Shown: piece by piece, positions 28,363 through 38,805 of the stretch
Layout of the letters: the number at the start of each line of letters is the position of its first letter
How positions within the stretch are numbered: position 1 is the first letter of the stretch
Source of the DNA: an uncultured Chromatiaceae bacterium
GTDB taxonomy: Bacteria > Pseudomonadota > Gammaproteobacteria > Steroidobacterales > GCA-2729495
Direction of reading: 5' to 3'
Length of the DNA stretch: 64,000 bases
NCBI GenBank assembly: GCA_964371995.1
Contig: CAYJPG010000003.1
Coordinates: 1,718-65,717 of the forward strand
Notes under the pieces: model-generated
Databases searched by the model: none
Seen by the model: the letters and a program-made list of their open reading frames with translations, nothing else
What the model was told of the DNA's origin: nothing
Position numbers and translations under genes: made by a program

Positions 28363-29082
28363 CTAGCCCTTCTTCCCCGCCTTCGCTTTGGCCGGCTTCA
28401 CGCCCTTGCTGTTCTCGCGGGTCGTTCTGGATTTCTTGCCGCGCGGCCCCTTGGCTCCAGCCTCGGCATCCGCCGCAGCCTGCAACTCTTCCTCATCCAG
28501 ATAGCGATAGGTTTTTGCGGTGACGTTAAGGACCAGCTCGTCAAAGCCGGGATTCTTGCCCTTGGGCGCGATCTCGATGTCGTGCAGCGTCACGATACGG
28601 GGCAGCGCGGCGATGTCGCTCACAAAGCGGCCGAACTCATGATATGAGCCGGACAGGCGGATCTTGATGGGCTTTTCCGCGTAGAAATCCTTGCGGACTT
28701 CTTCGGCCGGCTGGAACAGCTCTTCCTGCAGGCCGGCACCGCGCCCGGTCTGGGAGATGTCCACCAGCAGATTGGGGATTTCAGTTTTGCCGGGCAGCTG
28801 CCGGAGCATCGTGCCGAAGGAGCGCTCGATTTCGGCAAGCTGCGCCTTGTACGCCGTGAAATTGGCTGCCTTGCGTTGCTTGCTCTCGAAATTGCTGCGC
28901 AACTCGCGCTCTTCAGCCTGCGCTTTCTCGAGTTTCGGCATCTGGTTTTGCCAGACAAAGGTCCAGAAACCACCGGCACCGGCAATTACGAACAGCAGCG
29001 CGATAAAGAATGCCTGGATCGGGAACGGCCAGCGGCCAATGTCGTTGACATCCAGGTTACGGAGATCGTCAAGGAAGTTCAT
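28363..29082 (-). CDS. pilO: type IV pilus assembly protein PilO (with a Lys-rich C-terminal tail)
   Basis: LDDLRNLDVNDIGRWPFPIQAFFIALLFV (TM), a coiled coil, and the ...LHDIEI core. The extra tail is AGAKGPRGKKSRTTRENSKGVKPAKAKAGKKG. Confidence 0.85.
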   Translation of the reverse strand: MNFLDDLRNLDVNDIGRWPFPIQAFFIALLFVIAGAGGFWTFVWQNQMPKLEKAQAEERELRSNFESKQRKAANFTAYKAQLAEIERSFGTMLRQLPGKTEIPNLLVDISQTGRGAGLQEELFQPAEEVRKDFYAEKPIKIRLSGSYHEFGRFVSDIAALPRIVTLHDIEIAPKGKNPGFDELVLNVTAKTYRYLDEEELQAAADAEAGAKGPRGKKSRTTRENSKGVKPAKAKAGKKG

Positions 29083-29684
29083 TTTGCGACCCCCTCATCC
29101 GCCTTGGATACCTGGCTGGCCGTCACCACAAACTGTGATGAGCGGCCGGCAAACTCGCCGGTCTCCTGCGGCACGCCCTTCTTGCTTTTCGCTCCTGCTT
29201 CGCGCACCTCAACGACCTCAAGGTCAGGCTGCGTGAACCATGGCGACTTGTCGAGATTGCGCATGAAGGCGGATACACGGGTATTCGATTCGGCATCACC
29301 GCGGATTTCCACGCGCTTGCCGGACTGCTTCACCGAGGTCAGACGCACACCGTCCGGCAGCGTCCTCACCAGCTCCTCAAATACATGCACGATTTCCGGC
29401 CGGCTACGCTGGAGCTGCTCGATGATTTCCATGCGGGCCAGCAGCCGTTCTTTCTTGGCTTCAAGATCGAGGATCTCGGCTATGCGCCCATCAAGCAATT
29501 TGATCTCATCTTCGAGCAGCTTGTTGCGGGCCACCTGACTGCTGACAACCCCGTCCATGACGAGGTTTGAAACGAGAATCACCAGGCCGGCAGCAGCGAC
29601 GGCCGCACCCAGCCCGATAAAGAACTGGTTGCGCCGCTTGGTGCGCAGTTCATCGCGCCAGGGCAGTAGATTAATGCGTGGCAT
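29079..29684 (-). CDS. pilN: type IV pilus assembly protein PilN
   Basis: Start chosen at ATG 29684 (MPRINLLPWRDELR, the canonical PilN start), 1 nt after the pilM stop. Confidence 0.85.
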   Translation of the reverse strand: MPRINLLPWRDELRTKRRNQFFIGLGAAVAAAGLVILVSNLVMDGVVSSQVARNKLLEDEIKLLDGRIAEILDLEAKKERLLARMEIIEQLQRSRPEIVHVFEELVRTLPDGVRLTSVKQSGKRVEIRGDAESNTRVSAFMRNLDKSPWFTQPDLEVVEVREAGAKSKKGVPQETGEFAGRSSQFVVTASQVSKADEGVAK

Positions 29685-29685
29685 A

Positions 29686-30747
29686 TCAGTCGAAACTCCG
29701 AAGCGCGAGCCCACATGCGGTCAGCAGTGCAGTGGAGTCCTTGCGGATACCCTGTGATTTGGCCCGGCTGGAGATCTTCATCTGGCCGAGTGGATCACCG
29801 ATCTCGGTGGGTATGCCGACCTTGCTTGAAATGACGTCTGCAACACCCGGTATGTTTGCGCAACCACCGCAGACCAGAATCTGGTCTGGCTGCTCCCGGC
29901 CGCCGCCGGAAGCGAGGAAGAACTGCAGCGAACGGCTGACCTGCTGGGTCATGTCATCCATGAACGGGTCGAGCACTTCCGGCTGGTAATTACCGGGAAG
30001 TCCACCCTCTTTCTTGGCACGCCCTGCATCCTCGAGGCTGAGGCCGTAGGTGCGCATGATTTCCTCGGTGAGCTGTTGCCCGCCGAAGGAGAAGTCGCGG
30101 GTGTATATCACCCGCATGTCCTGCAGAACGCTGAAGGTGGTATTGCTGGCGCCGAAATCGACGATGGCGATCTGATGCTGCATGCCTCCGTCCGGCATCT
30201 GGTGCATGAGCAGATGACAGGCATTCTCAAGTGCGAAGGGCTCGACATCGACGACGCGGGCTACAAGACCCGCCGCTTCGACCGCAGCCTTCCGCTGATC
30301 GACGTTCTCGGTACGAGTTGCGACCAGCAGGATATCGAGCATTTCGGGATCCGTCGCCGATGGCCCCATCACTTCGAAATCAAAACTGACTTCTTCCATC
30401 GGGAAGGGAATGTACTGATCGGCCTGGATCTCTACCTGACCCTCAAGCTCACGTGCGGTGAAGCGCCGTGGCATCTGGATGATCTTGGTGATGGCGGCAT
30501 CGCCGCCGATTGCGATGGCTGCGTCTTTCGAGCTGGTGCCCGCACGCTTGACGGCGCGGCGAATGGCTTCGCCCACGGCCGGTGCATCGACGATCGTTTT
30601 CTCGTTGATCGAGTTAGGTGGCGTTGGCTCCGCGGCATAGCTCTCCGCACGGAAAGTCTTGCCGCTCTGAGACAACTCAACGAGCTTGATCGATGAAGTT
30701 GTTATGTCAAGGCCAATCAGAGGCCTGGAACGTGAACCGAAAAGCAC
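29686..30747 (-). CDS. pilM: type IV pilus assembly ATPase-fold protein PilM
   Basis: LIGLDITTSSIKLVELS...actin-like fold motifs AIVDFGASNTTFSVL and ILVCGGCANIPG. GTG start. Confidence 0.9.
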   Translation of the reverse strand: MLFGSRSRPLIGLDITTSSIKLVELSQSGKTFRAESYAAEPTPPNSINEKTIVDAPAVGEAIRRAVKRAGTSSKDAAIAIGGDAAITKIIQMPRRFTARELEGQVEIQADQYIPFPMEEVSFDFEVMGPSATDPEMLDILLVATRTENVDQRKAAVEAAGLVARVVDVEPFALENACHLLMHQMPDGGMQHQIAIVDFGASNTTFSVLQDMRVIYTRDFSFGGQQLTEEIMRTYGLSLEDAGRAKKEGGLPGNYQPEVLDPFMDDMTQQVSRSLQFFLASGGGREQPDQILVCGGCANIPGVADVISSKVGIPTEIGDPLGQMKISSRAKSQGIRKDSTALLTACGLALRSFD

Positions 30748-31241
30748 AGCTTTTCCCTTCTAAACCCGGAAGTTGCGCGAACAAAGTCTTCGGCACGTCA
30801 CGACTTGCATTTAACCATATATCACTGCCGATAGAAACGCGATGTGACGCTCGTCACCTGTTCAGAAACACCGCCGCGATCAGCCCGCGAAGGCAGACTT
30901 CGGCGCTTCTGATCCAGAAGCCCGGTCACCGGACAACAATGCATGGGGAACAGCGCGCCCTGGCCGCGGGTCACGATCTGGATCGCACCCGAAAGCGGCA
31001 AGCACAGAAGAGTCGTACGCAGAGGGTACAGATGACGGATACATCAGAAAATCCGTAATCTGGCGGCCCCGCTGTCGTAGGATCCTGCACTTGCGGCGCG
31101 GCGCCCAAATACGGCGCAACTCCTCAAGCAGTCCCGTAGACCGGTAGCTTTGCGTCCCCACCTTTCAGTAGGTTTGCCCAAAAACCGCGGCCAATATGCA
31201 TAATCGTTACGGGCCGCGCAAGGTACCTTTCCCGCTTCTCA

Positions 31242-33782
31242 ATGAAAATTCTGATTCGAGTCCTGCTGGCACTGCTCGGCATCGTGCTTACCGGTGCCAT
31301 CGCTGGTGGCGTAACCGCCGGTACGGCTTGGTATTTTCTTTCACCAGGCCTGCCTTCTGTCGAGCACATGCAGGACGTTCCGCTGCAGGTACCGCTGCGT
31401 ATCTATTCCCGTGACGCACGTCTCATTGCGCAGCTCGGGGAGTACCGCCGAATCCCGGTCCGCTACAGCGAGATTCCGGCGGTGGTCGTGCACGCCGTGC
31501 TGGCAGCAGAGGACGACCGCTTCTTTGAACACCCCGGTTTTGACTACGAAGGCCTGATGCGCGCGGGCAGCCACCTCATACTGACCGGCAGCCGGACCCA
31601 GGGCGGCAGCACCATCACCCAGCAGCTCGCGCGAGCCTATTTTTTAAGTCCCGAACGCACCTTCGTACGCAAGGCCAAAGAACTCTTGCTGGCGCTGAAG
31701 ATCGAGCAGGCCTTCAGCAAGGAAGAGATTCTCGCCCTTTACCTCAACAAGATTTTCTTCGGCCAGCGCGCCTACGGTATCGCGGCGGCAGCTGAAGTCT
31801 ATTTTGGCAAGCCACTCGATCAGCTGTCTGTCGCAGAAGCCGCAACCATCGCCGGCATACCCAAGGCACCCTCGTTGCTGAACCCGGTGTCTGACCCGGT
31901 ACGTGCGGGCGAGCGCCGCGCCTATGTGTTGCGCCGTATGCTGGAGCTTGAGTTCATCGACGGGGGCGCCTATCGGCAGGCGCTCGATACGCCGGTCGAG
32001 TCGCAGCTGCACGTACCCGCGACCGAACTCGATGCGCCCTATATCGCGGAAATGGTCCGCGCTGAAATGGTGACCCGTTTCGGCACGGACATCACCAGCC
32101 AGGGCTACCGGGTTACCACGACCATCGACAGCCATCTGCAGAACAGCGCGGACCGCGCACTGCGCACCGCCTTGCTGGAGTACGACCGGCGACACGGGTA
32201 CCGCGGTGCCGTTGCTCATGTGGACGGGGCCCTGCCCGCAGACGATGCGGGGCGACAGCAGCTGCTGGACGCATACCCGGTGCATCCGGATCTTTACCCG
32301 GCCCTGGTGACGCGCCTGCACCCTGACAACTCGGCAACCCTGTACATACACGACGTGGGCCTGGTCACCATGCCATGGACCAACCTGAAGTGGCGACGCT
32401 ATGTGGATGACGCAAGCGTCGGCCCGGCCCAGCAATCCGTTGCCGAGATCGTGTCGGCCGGCGATGTCATCTATCTGCTGCGCACCGTCAGCCGTGGCTG
32501 GCTGCTCGCACAACTGCCGGAGGTGCAGGGCGCGCTGGTAGCGCTGGACCCGCTGGATGGCGCAGTCGTGGCACTGGCTGGCGGCTATGATTTTTTTGCC
32601 AGCAAGTTCAACCGGGCAATACAGGCAAAACGCCAGCCGGGCTCATCATTCAAACCATTTGTCTACTCGGCTGCGCTGGAGAACGGTTTCACCCCGGCGA
32701 CGATCGTCAACGATGCGCCGGTTGTGTTTGAAAACACCGGCACCGACGCCGACGAATGGCGGCCGCAGAACAATTCAGGGCAGTTCTACGGCCCCACCCG
32801 GCTGCGCGAAGGCCTGGTCAAATCCCTGAATCTGGTCACCATCCGCGTTCTGCTGAGTGTCGGCGTTGCCAGGGCAATCAACTACATCAGGCCATTCGGC
32901 CTGCCGGACAGCGCCATGCCGCCAAACCCGACCATGGCACTCGGCAGCGGAGAGGCCACACCACGGGACATGGCAGCAGGCTTTGCGGTGTTCGCCAATG
33001 GCGGCTATCGCGTCGAGCCATACCTTGTTGAGCGGATTGAGGATGCCTACGGGACGGTGATTTTCCAGGCCCCCACCCGGTTGGTCTGCGCAAGCTGCAC
33101 GCCACGCTGGTTCGGCCCGAATAAGCCGCAGGCTGAAACCGGCATTGACGCAACTCCCGTGCCGACCAGGACGGGCCCGGAAATCCCCGCCTACCTGGAT
33201 GCGGAGGAGATGATTGCGCATGCCGAGACCTGGCGCCCCACAGCAATCGAAGCACCGGAGTTCATGTCGGCAGCTGGCAGGGCACCGCGGATAATCACCG
33301 CCGAGAACGCCTACCTCGTCTACGACATGATGCGCGACGTGATCCGGCGGGGCACGGGCGTTCGGGCCCGGGCGATTGGCCGTGAAGATATTGCGGGCAA
33401 GACCGGCACCTCGAATGACCGTCGCGATGCTTGGTTCAGCGGCTTCAACGGCCAGCTGGTCGCCACTGCCTGGGTGGGCTTTGATCAGGAGCGAAGCCTT
33501 GGACCTCGTGAGGAAGGCGGCCGGACCGCACTGCCCATGTGGTTGTACTTCATGGCCGACGCATTGCACGGCGTACCGGAGACGCCGCTATCGCGACCGC
33601 CGGGCATCGTGACCGCACGCATTTCTGCCGAAACCGGAATGCTGGCGTCCTCAGGCGAGCCCGGCAGCATGTTTGAACTGTTTCGCGAGTCGGACCTCGA
33701 AATACTGAATGGTGCCAGCAGCCTGGCGACAGGCCGCGGGCAGCAGGCTGCGCCAGCGGGATACGAGAATGAGATTTTCTGA
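31242..33782 (+). CDS. mrcA: penicillin-binding protein 1A (bifunctional transglycosylase/transpeptidase)
   Basis: Glycosyltransferase motifs EDDRFFEHPG and GGSTITQQLAR. Transpeptidase motifs SSFKP (SxxK) and KTGTSND. Confidence 0.9.
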   Translation: MKILIRVLLALLGIVLTGAIAGGVTAGTAWYFLSPGLPSVEHMQDVPLQVPLRIYSRDARLIAQLGEYRRIPVRYSEIPAVVVHAVLAAEDDRFFEHPGFDYEGLMRAGSHLILTGSRTQGGSTITQQLARAYFLSPERTFVRKAKELLLALKIEQAFSKEEILALYLNKIFFGQRAYGIAAAAEVYFGKPLDQLSVAEAATIAGIPKAPSLLNPVSDPVRAGERRAYVLRRMLELEFIDGGAYRQALDTPVESQLHVPATELDAPYIAEMVRAEMVTRFGTDITSQGYRVTTTIDSHLQNSADRALRTALLEYDRRHGYRGAVAHVDGALPADDAGRQQLLDAYPVHPDLYPALVTRLHPDNSATLYIHDVGLVTMPWTNLKWRRYVDDASVGPAQQSVAEIVSAGDVIYLLRTVSRGWLLAQLPEVQGALVALDPLDGAVVALAGGYDFFASKFNRAIQAKRQPGSSFKPFVYSAALENGFTPATIVNDAPVVFENTGTDADEWRPQNNSGQFYGPTRLREGLVKSLNLVTIRVLLSVGVARAINYIRPFGLPDSAMPPNPTMALGSGEATPRDMAAGFAVFANGGYRVEPYLVERIEDAYGTVIFQAPTRLVCASCTPRWFGPNKPQAETGIDATPVPTRTGPEIPAYLDAEEMIAHAETWRPTAIEAPEFMSAAGRAPRIITAENAYLVYDMMRDVIRRGTGVRARAIGREDIAGKTGTSNDRRDAWFSGFNGQLVATAWVGFDQERSLGPREEGGRTALPMWLYFMADALHGVPETPLSRPPGIVTARISAETGMLASSGEPGSMFELFRESDLEILNGASSLATGRGQQAAPAGYENEIF

Positions 33783-34407
33783 CCGTGACCGTCCGGATCA
33801 TCAGCGCCAGGCTCTCGCCGTTGAAGCGGCGCGGATAATCCAGGAAGAAGGCCTGCTCGATTTTCGCAGCGCCAAGGCCAAGGCAGCGGCGCGCCTCGGG
33901 CTGGGCCGACGGGCCCACCTGCCGGACAATACCGAGATAGAAGCCGCACTTGCCGAGCGTAACCGGATCTTTCACAGCGAGGCACTTCCGGAACTGCTCG
34001 CGACATTGCGCCACGCGGCCTTTGAACTGATGCGCGACCTCGGCAGTTACCAGCCGCGACTGGTGGGCGATGTACTGAGTGGCAACGCCACGATTCATTC
34101 CAGCGTTAATCTGCATCTGTTCAGCGATACCACCGAAGCAGTCAGTGCAAGCCTGGAATCATTGGGACTTGGCTACCGGATCATCACCCGGCGTCATCGG
34201 CTCCGACACGACAAGGTGGAACAGTTCCCCGGCTTTCGCTTCCGCGCACATGGCTGCGATTTCAGCAGCACGGTGTTCCCGGTGCGTCTGCGCGGTCATG
34301 CGCCGCTGAGCCCGGTAGACGGGCATCCCATGCGACGGGCAGGTATCCGCGAACTGGCGGCGCTGCTGGAACTGCCGGCGGAACCGGGGTCGTCGACCTC
34401 AGCCTGA
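33769..34407 (+). CDS. conserved hypothetical protein
   Basis: Start chosen at ATG 33769, which overlaps the mrcA 3' end by 14 nt. No motif recognised. Confidence 0.45.
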   Translation: MRFSDRDRPDHQRQALAVEAARIIQEEGLLDFRSAKAKAAARLGLGRRAHLPDNTEIEAALAERNRIFHSEALPELLATLRHAAFELMRDLGSYQPRLVGDVLSGNATIHSSVNLHLFSDTTEAVSASLESLGLGYRIITRRHRLRHDKVEQFPGFRFRAHGCDFSSTVFPVRLRGHAPLSPVDGHPMRRAGIRELAALLELPAEPGSSTSA

Positions 34408-34417
34408 GCAGCGCCGT

Positions 34418-35725
34418 TCAGCGCTTGCTGACATCCAGATAGTCGCGGCGGGTCGGGCCCGTATACAACTGACGCGGCCGGCCAATACGCCCGTCCGGAT
34501 CGGTGATCATTTCCCGCCAGTGCGCCACCCAGCCAACGGTCCGCGCGATGGCAAACATCACGGTGAACATGGACTTGGGAATGCCCAGCGCCCGATAGAT
34601 GACGCCGGAGTAGAAGTCGACGTTCGGGTAGAGCTTCTTCTCGATGAAGTAGGGATCCTTCAGCGCGATCTCTTCCAGCTGCAGGGCCAGATCGAAGAGC
34701 GGCTGGTTCCGGCCCAGACGCGCAAGCACCTTGTGGCAGGTCTCGCGAATAATCGTCGCCCGCGGGTCATGGTTCTTGTAGACGCGATGACCAAAACCCA
34801 TCAGGCGGAACGGATCGTCCTTGTCCTTCGCCCTGTCGATGTACTTCGGGATATTGGCAACGGTACCGATCTCTTCGAGCATCTTGAGTACGGCTTCGTT
34901 GGCCCCGCCGTGCGCAGGCCCCCAAAGCGCCGAGATGCCAGCAGCTATCGCAGAGTAGGGATTGGCACCGGAACTGCCGGCAATGCGCACCGTCGAGGTG
35001 CTGCAGTTCTGTTCGTGGTCGGCATGCAGGATAAACAGCAGGTCGAGCGCTTCTGCTGCGACGGGGTCGATGTGATAGTCCTCGGCCGGCACCGCAAAGA
35101 ACATGTGCAGGAGGTTTGAGCAATAGTTCAGGTCGTTGCGCGGATAGGTAAAGGGCTGGCCCAGGGAATGCTTGTAGGCGGCCGCCGCAATCGTCGGCAG
35201 CTTGGCGATAATCCGGTGCGCGAAAATATCGCGATGGCGCGGATCATGGATGTCCGTGGTGTCATGGTAGAAGGCAGACATTGATCCGACCACGCCGGTG
35301 ACCATGGCCATCGGATGTGCGTCGTAGTGAAAACCGTTGAAGAGACGCAGGATGGTCTCGTTCAGCATCGTATGGGTGCGGATTGAGCGATCAAATTCAA
35401 CCAGCTGGGTCTGTGAAGGCAGGTCGCCATACAACAGCAGCCATGCCACTTCGATGAAAGAACTCTTGCTGGCAAGCTGCTCGACCGGGTATCCCCGATA
35501 CATGAGGATGCCCTTGTCGCCATCGATATAGGTGATCTTGCTTTCGCAGCTAGCGGTTGAGCCGTAACCGGGATCGTAGGTAAACAGGCCCTGGGAGGTA
35601 AACAGGCTGCGGATATCGACGACATCCGGGCCGGTGGTTCCGGAACGCGATGCGAGTTCAAACTCCTTGCCCGAGCTGGTCTCCCTGACGATATAGCTTC
35701 GTCCGTTCTGGTTAGCGTCGCTCAT
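34418..35725 (-). CDS. gltA: type II citrate synthase
   Basis: [21 protein letters not shown]...[18 protein letters not shown]...[14 protein letters not shown]. Confidence 0.95.
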   Translation of the reverse strand: MSDANQNGRSYIVRETSSGKEFELASRSGTTGPDVVDIRSLFTSQGLFTYDPGYGSTASCESKITYIDGDKGILMYRGYPVEQLASKSSFIEVAWLLLYGDLPSQTQLVEFDRSIRTHTMLNETILRLFNGFHYDAHPMAMVTGVVGSMSAFYHDTTDIHDPRHRDIFAHRIIAKLPTIAAAAYKHSLGQPFTYPRNDLNYCSNLLHMFFAVPAEDYHIDPVAAEALDLLFILHADHEQNCSTSTVRIAGSSGANPYSAIAAGISALWGPAHGGANEAVLKMLEEIGTVANIPKYIDRAKDKDDPFRLMGFGHRVYKNHDPRATIIRETCHKVLARLGRNQPLFDLALQLEEIALKDPYFIEKKLYPNVDFYSGVIYRALGIPKSMFTVMFAIARTVGWVAHWREMITDPDGRIGRPRQLYTGPTRRDYLDVSKR

Positions 35726-35886
35726 TTGTTCTATCGGGCTCCCAGGTTTGTATTGCGACGACGAGGCTCAGCCGCCGTACCGCCTAGACAGCACCGGGAC
35801 CAAACAGCACCACATTATAGGGAACGCGACCGGACCATGCACGAGCCGGCGCAGGTCATCGGGGGATTCAGCGGTTGAGCGTACTG

Positions 35887-35917
35887 AAAAAAAACCGGCG
35901 CAGCTGATATCAGGCGC
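35887..35917 (-). terminator. possible rho-independent terminator of rpmE
   Basis: Minus-strand GCGCCTG-atat-CAG(ct)GCGC hairpin (3+4 bp with a 2-nt bulge), followed by CGG and a T8 run. It overlaps the rpmE stop codon. Confidence 0.4.
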
Positions 35918-36113
35918 GAGCGTATTTGCGGCGGAACTTGTCAACTCGTCCGGCGGTATCCAGCATTTTCTGCTTGCCGGTATAGAACGGATGACAGGCG
36001 GAACAAACCTCGACGCTCAGATCGTGTCCAAGCGTGGACCGGGTAAGGAATTCGTTACCGCAGCTGCAGGCTACTTTGATTTCGGCGTAGGCGGGATGTA
36101 TGTCGGCTTTCAT
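35910..36113 (-). CDS. rpmE: 50S ribosomal protein L31 (zinc-ribbon form)
   Basis: [22 protein letters not shown]...[13 protein letters not shown]. Start chosen at ATG 36113. Confidence 0.95.
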   Translation of the reverse strand: MKADIHPAYAEIKVACSCGNEFLTRSTLGHDLSVEVCSACHPFYTGKQKMLDTAGRVDKFRRKYARA

Positions 36114-36209
36114 GATCGCTGGCACCGCTGGTAGGGATTCGCCCGAAGACCGGTACGGCCAAAGGGCGCCGAAGAATAGCGATTAGCCTTCTGGATGGCA
36201 AGCCGGAAT

Positions 36210-36232
36210 GTTATCCACAAAAGCTGTGGATA
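36210..36232. promoter_or_regulatory. two consensus DnaA boxes in an inverted pair
   Basis: TTATCCACA (36210-36218) and TGTGGATAA (36224-36232) are separated by 5 nt. A partial third box, TGTGGAGA, starts at 36236. The site lies in the 329-bp rdgB-rpmE intergenic region. Confidence 0.5.
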
Positions 36233-36442
36233 ACTCTGTGGAGACATTGCTTTCATGCGGCTGCGCTTGATGCGACCAGAGGGAAGCTGCTGCTTTGGCG
36301 AAGAAGTAGCCAAAACAACAAGTTACATTAAAACAAGCACTTAAAGTGCATTGATGGGTGTTGAACTTAATACCGGGACTCTATCCCCATGATATTTGGC
36401 CCCTCCCACTGCCTTGTGTATAAGAGCCACTGCGGCAGCGTC

Positions 36443-37045
36443 TCAGTCCAGGTTCGACAGAAGCTCCTGTAGCCGCCGCAGCGCTGCCTGGCGATGGCTG
36501 CGCCGGTTCTTTTCGGCCGGATCCATGCTGGCGGCGTGCTTTCCGCTCTCAAGATCGATAAACAACGGGTCGTAGCCAAAGCCCCCCGTACCCCGGCAGC
36601 TTTCGGCGATTCTCCCCTCCCAGGCGCCCTCGGCAATCAAGGGCGACTCGTCGTCAGCATTGCGCACGAAAGCCAGACAGCAGCGATAGCGGGCCGTACG
36701 TTGTGCAGCGGGCACGCCAGCCAGTTCGGCCAGCAGCTTTTCGTTGTTGGCAGTATCGCGGGCATCGGCACCCGCGTACCTGGCGGAATAGACGCCGGGC
36801 GCGCCGTTCAGGGCATCGACCTCAATACCTGAATCGTCAGCGAGTGCCGGCAGGCCGGTGACCGCAGAGGCATACCGGGCCTTCAGCAACGCGTTTGCGC
36901 AGAAACTCGTGCCCGTCTCTGCAACCGGAGCAACGCCGAGCGCGGATTGTGCGACCAGCTGCCAGCCGGAACCCAGCAGCTGCTGGAACTCACGAATCTT
37001 GCCGGGATTGCCACTGGCCAGTACCAGCTTGCGTGGCGCTGACAT
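36443..37045 (-). CDS. rdgB: dITP/XTP pyrophosphatase (Ham1/RdgB family)
   Basis: Start chosen at ATG 37045 (MSAPRKLVLASGNPGKIREF). GFGYDPLF. Confidence 0.9.
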   Translation of the reverse strand: MSAPRKLVLASGNPGKIREFQQLLGSGWQLVAQSALGVAPVAETGTSFCANALLKARYASAVTGLPALADDSGIEVDALNGAPGVYSARYAGADARDTANNEKLLAELAGVPAAQRTARYRCCLAFVRNADDESPLIAEGAWEGRIAESCRGTGGFGYDPLFIDLESGKHAASMDPAEKNRRSHRQAALRRLQELLSNLD

Positions 37046-37067
37046 GAATCGGCCGCCGGACCGGACG

Positions 37068-37847
37068 TCAGCCAGTCCGGCCCCGGTTGCCGGGCTTCTG
37101 CTGGGCACGCCAGTCATCGATCGCCGCCGTCTGCACTGCCATGATCTCGCGGATGCCGGTCGCTGCGAGGTCGAGCAGCGTGTTGAGCTCATCGCGCCGG
37201 AAGGCATGACCCTCGGCAGTGCCCTGCACTTCGATGAAACTTCCGGCTTCATTCATCACAACGTTCATATCGGTTTCAGCAGCGGCATCTTCAGCGTAGT
37301 CGAGATCCAGAACCGGCTGGCCGCGGAAGATTCCGACCGACACGGCTGCAACCTGGCCGTGCAGCGGACTGGTCGCAATAGCGCGACTGCGCAACAGCGA
37401 TTCGACCGCAATCGACAGTGCCAGAAAACTGCCCGAGATCGCCGCAGTTCGCGTACCGCCATCGGCCTGCAAGACATCGCAATCAAGAGTGATCGTCCGC
37501 TCACCGAGCGCTTCGAGATTGGCTGCCGCACGCAGCGAGCGGCCTATAAGGCGCTGGATTTCGAGCGTTCTGCCGCTCTGCTTGCCCTGCGCTGATTCGC
37601 GACGCATGCGACTGTGTGTCGACCGCGGCAGCATGCCGTATTCGGCAGTAATCCAGCCGCGCCCCGAATTGCGCAGAAAAGCCGGTACGCCGGATTCGAC
37701 GCTGGCGGTACAGAGCACGCGCGTTTCGCCGAAGCTCACCAGCACGGAACCCTCGGCGTGGCGGGTAAAGCCGGTCCTAAAGTTCACAGGGCGCATTTCG
37801 GCAGCCAGGCGGCGACTCGGCCGCGACGAAATATCAGTCTCGGGCAT
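37068..37847 (-). CDS. rph: ribonuclease PH
   Basis: Start chosen at ATG 37847 ([51 protein letters not shown]). ...[18 protein letters not shown]. Confidence 0.9.
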   Translation of the reverse strand: MPETDISSRPSRRLAAEMRPVNFRTGFTRHAEGSVLVSFGETRVLCTASVESGVPAFLRNSGRGWITAEYGMLPRSTHSRMRRESAQGKQSGRTLEIQRLIGRSLRAAANLEALGERTITLDCDVLQADGGTRTAAISGSFLALSIAVESLLRSRAIATSPLHGQVAAVSVGIFRGQPVLDLDYAEDAAAETDMNVVMNEAGSFIEVQGTAEGHAFRRDELNTLLDLAATGIREIMAVQTAAIDDWRAQQKPGNRGRTG

Positions 37848-37884
37848 CTGATCCAGTCCTCGTGTGCCGCTTGCGGGCTTCAGC

Positions 37885-38658
37885 TCATTCCAGAAAGCGC
37901 AGCGCGACTGCGGAAGTGTTGTCACTGTGCGGGCTGCTGATGCGTACCGACTGCTCGCCGATGCGGCGCAGACCGGCAGCAAGCGCCTCGCCATCCGTAC
38001 CCAGGCTGGCCAGCCGCTCATCGCCGAGCCCGGACCACAGCCCATCGGAACAGGCGAGCAGAATATCGCCACGCTCAAGGCGCTTCTGGCGCGTAATCGT
38101 CATGCCCGGCAACCAGGTATCGCCGCCCAGGCAGCACTCCACGTAGTTGCGCATCGGATGTGCCGCGATGTCGGCTTCAGTGATGACGCCGTCCTGGAGC
38201 AGGAGCTCCACATGACTGTGGTCCCGGGTACGCTCAAGAACCTTGGCCTCGCGGAGGTGATAGACCCGGCTGTCGCCGACATGGGCAAAAATTGCGGCAC
38301 CGTCCTGCACGAGGCAAAGCGCACAGGTAGCACGCGGACGCACCTCCATGGACAGGCTCGCGCCCAGCAGTACGAGATTCGCATGCGCCCGTCCGATAGC
38401 CAGGTGCAGAAAGCCGATCGGATCAAAAACCGGATGCTGGATGCGGCCAAAGGCATCCCGGATGGTTTCGGCGGCGAGCTTTGCTGCGCCGGCCCCGTCG
38501 GAGTGGCCACCCATGCCGTCTATGGCGATGAGCAATACCGACTTCTCTCCTGCAATAACCAGAACCCGGTCCTGATTTTCTTCCCGATTACCGATCAGGC
38601 TCAGATCTGCATACTCGACTCGCAAGGCGACCTCACCAGGGAAAGCCCATGTGTACAA
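37885..38658 (-). CDS. PP2C-family Ser/Thr protein phosphatase
   Basis: NQDRVLV...[17 protein letters not shown]...VGDSRVY...ACSDGLW metal-binding motifs. Confidence 0.8.
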   Translation of the reverse strand: MYTWAFPGEVALRVEYADLSLIGNREENQDRVLVIAGEKSVLLIAIDGMGGHSDGAGAAKLAAETIRDAFGRIQHPVFDPIGFLHLAIGRAHANLVLLGASLSMEVRPRATCALCLVQDGAAIFAHVGDSRVYHLREAKVLERTRDHSHVELLLQDGVITEADIAAHPMRNYVECCLGGDTWLPGMTITRQKRLERGDILLACSDGLWSGLGDERLASLGTDGEALAAGLRRIGEQSVRISSPHSDNTSAVALRFLE

Positions 38659-38805
38659 AAATACTGGGGTGCGGAACTACAATGTACCGCCGCGCATGAC
38701 AGTCTAAGCGCCACCCTGCAGCGATGCACACAATCTTTGCCATAAAGCAGAGGCACAGCCATAGCCCATATACTGGGCCAGGCACTTTCAGCCGGAGTAC
38801 AGCAC

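Noticed and set aside
36110-36313. A 67-aa ORF on the minus strand in the rpmE upstream spacer, and the other short intergenic ORFs in 36367-36636.
   Set aside because: They have no RBS or motif and overlap the rpmE start or the rdgB 3' end. They are most likely non-coding leader or promoter DNA.
36331-36342. Exact 12-mer AAACAAGCACTT shared by the rpmE upstream region (36331-36342) and the gmk upstream region (55583-55594), with loosely similar downstream sequence ending in GTTGAAC/GTTCAAC.
   Set aside because: Many exact 12-mer coincidences are expected in 64 kb on two strands. The similarity decays immediately (about 8 of 14 identities), and the two copies are oriented differently relative to the nearest genes.
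36126-36442. Chromosomal replication origin (oriC), suggested by the perfect DnaA boxes and the AT-rich patch.
   Set aside because: Only two or three boxes are present, I could not see any AT-rich 13-mer repeat array, and none of the usual origin neighbours (dnaA, dnaN, gidA, rpmH, parAB) is nearby. It is kept as a non-origin DnaA site in the findings.
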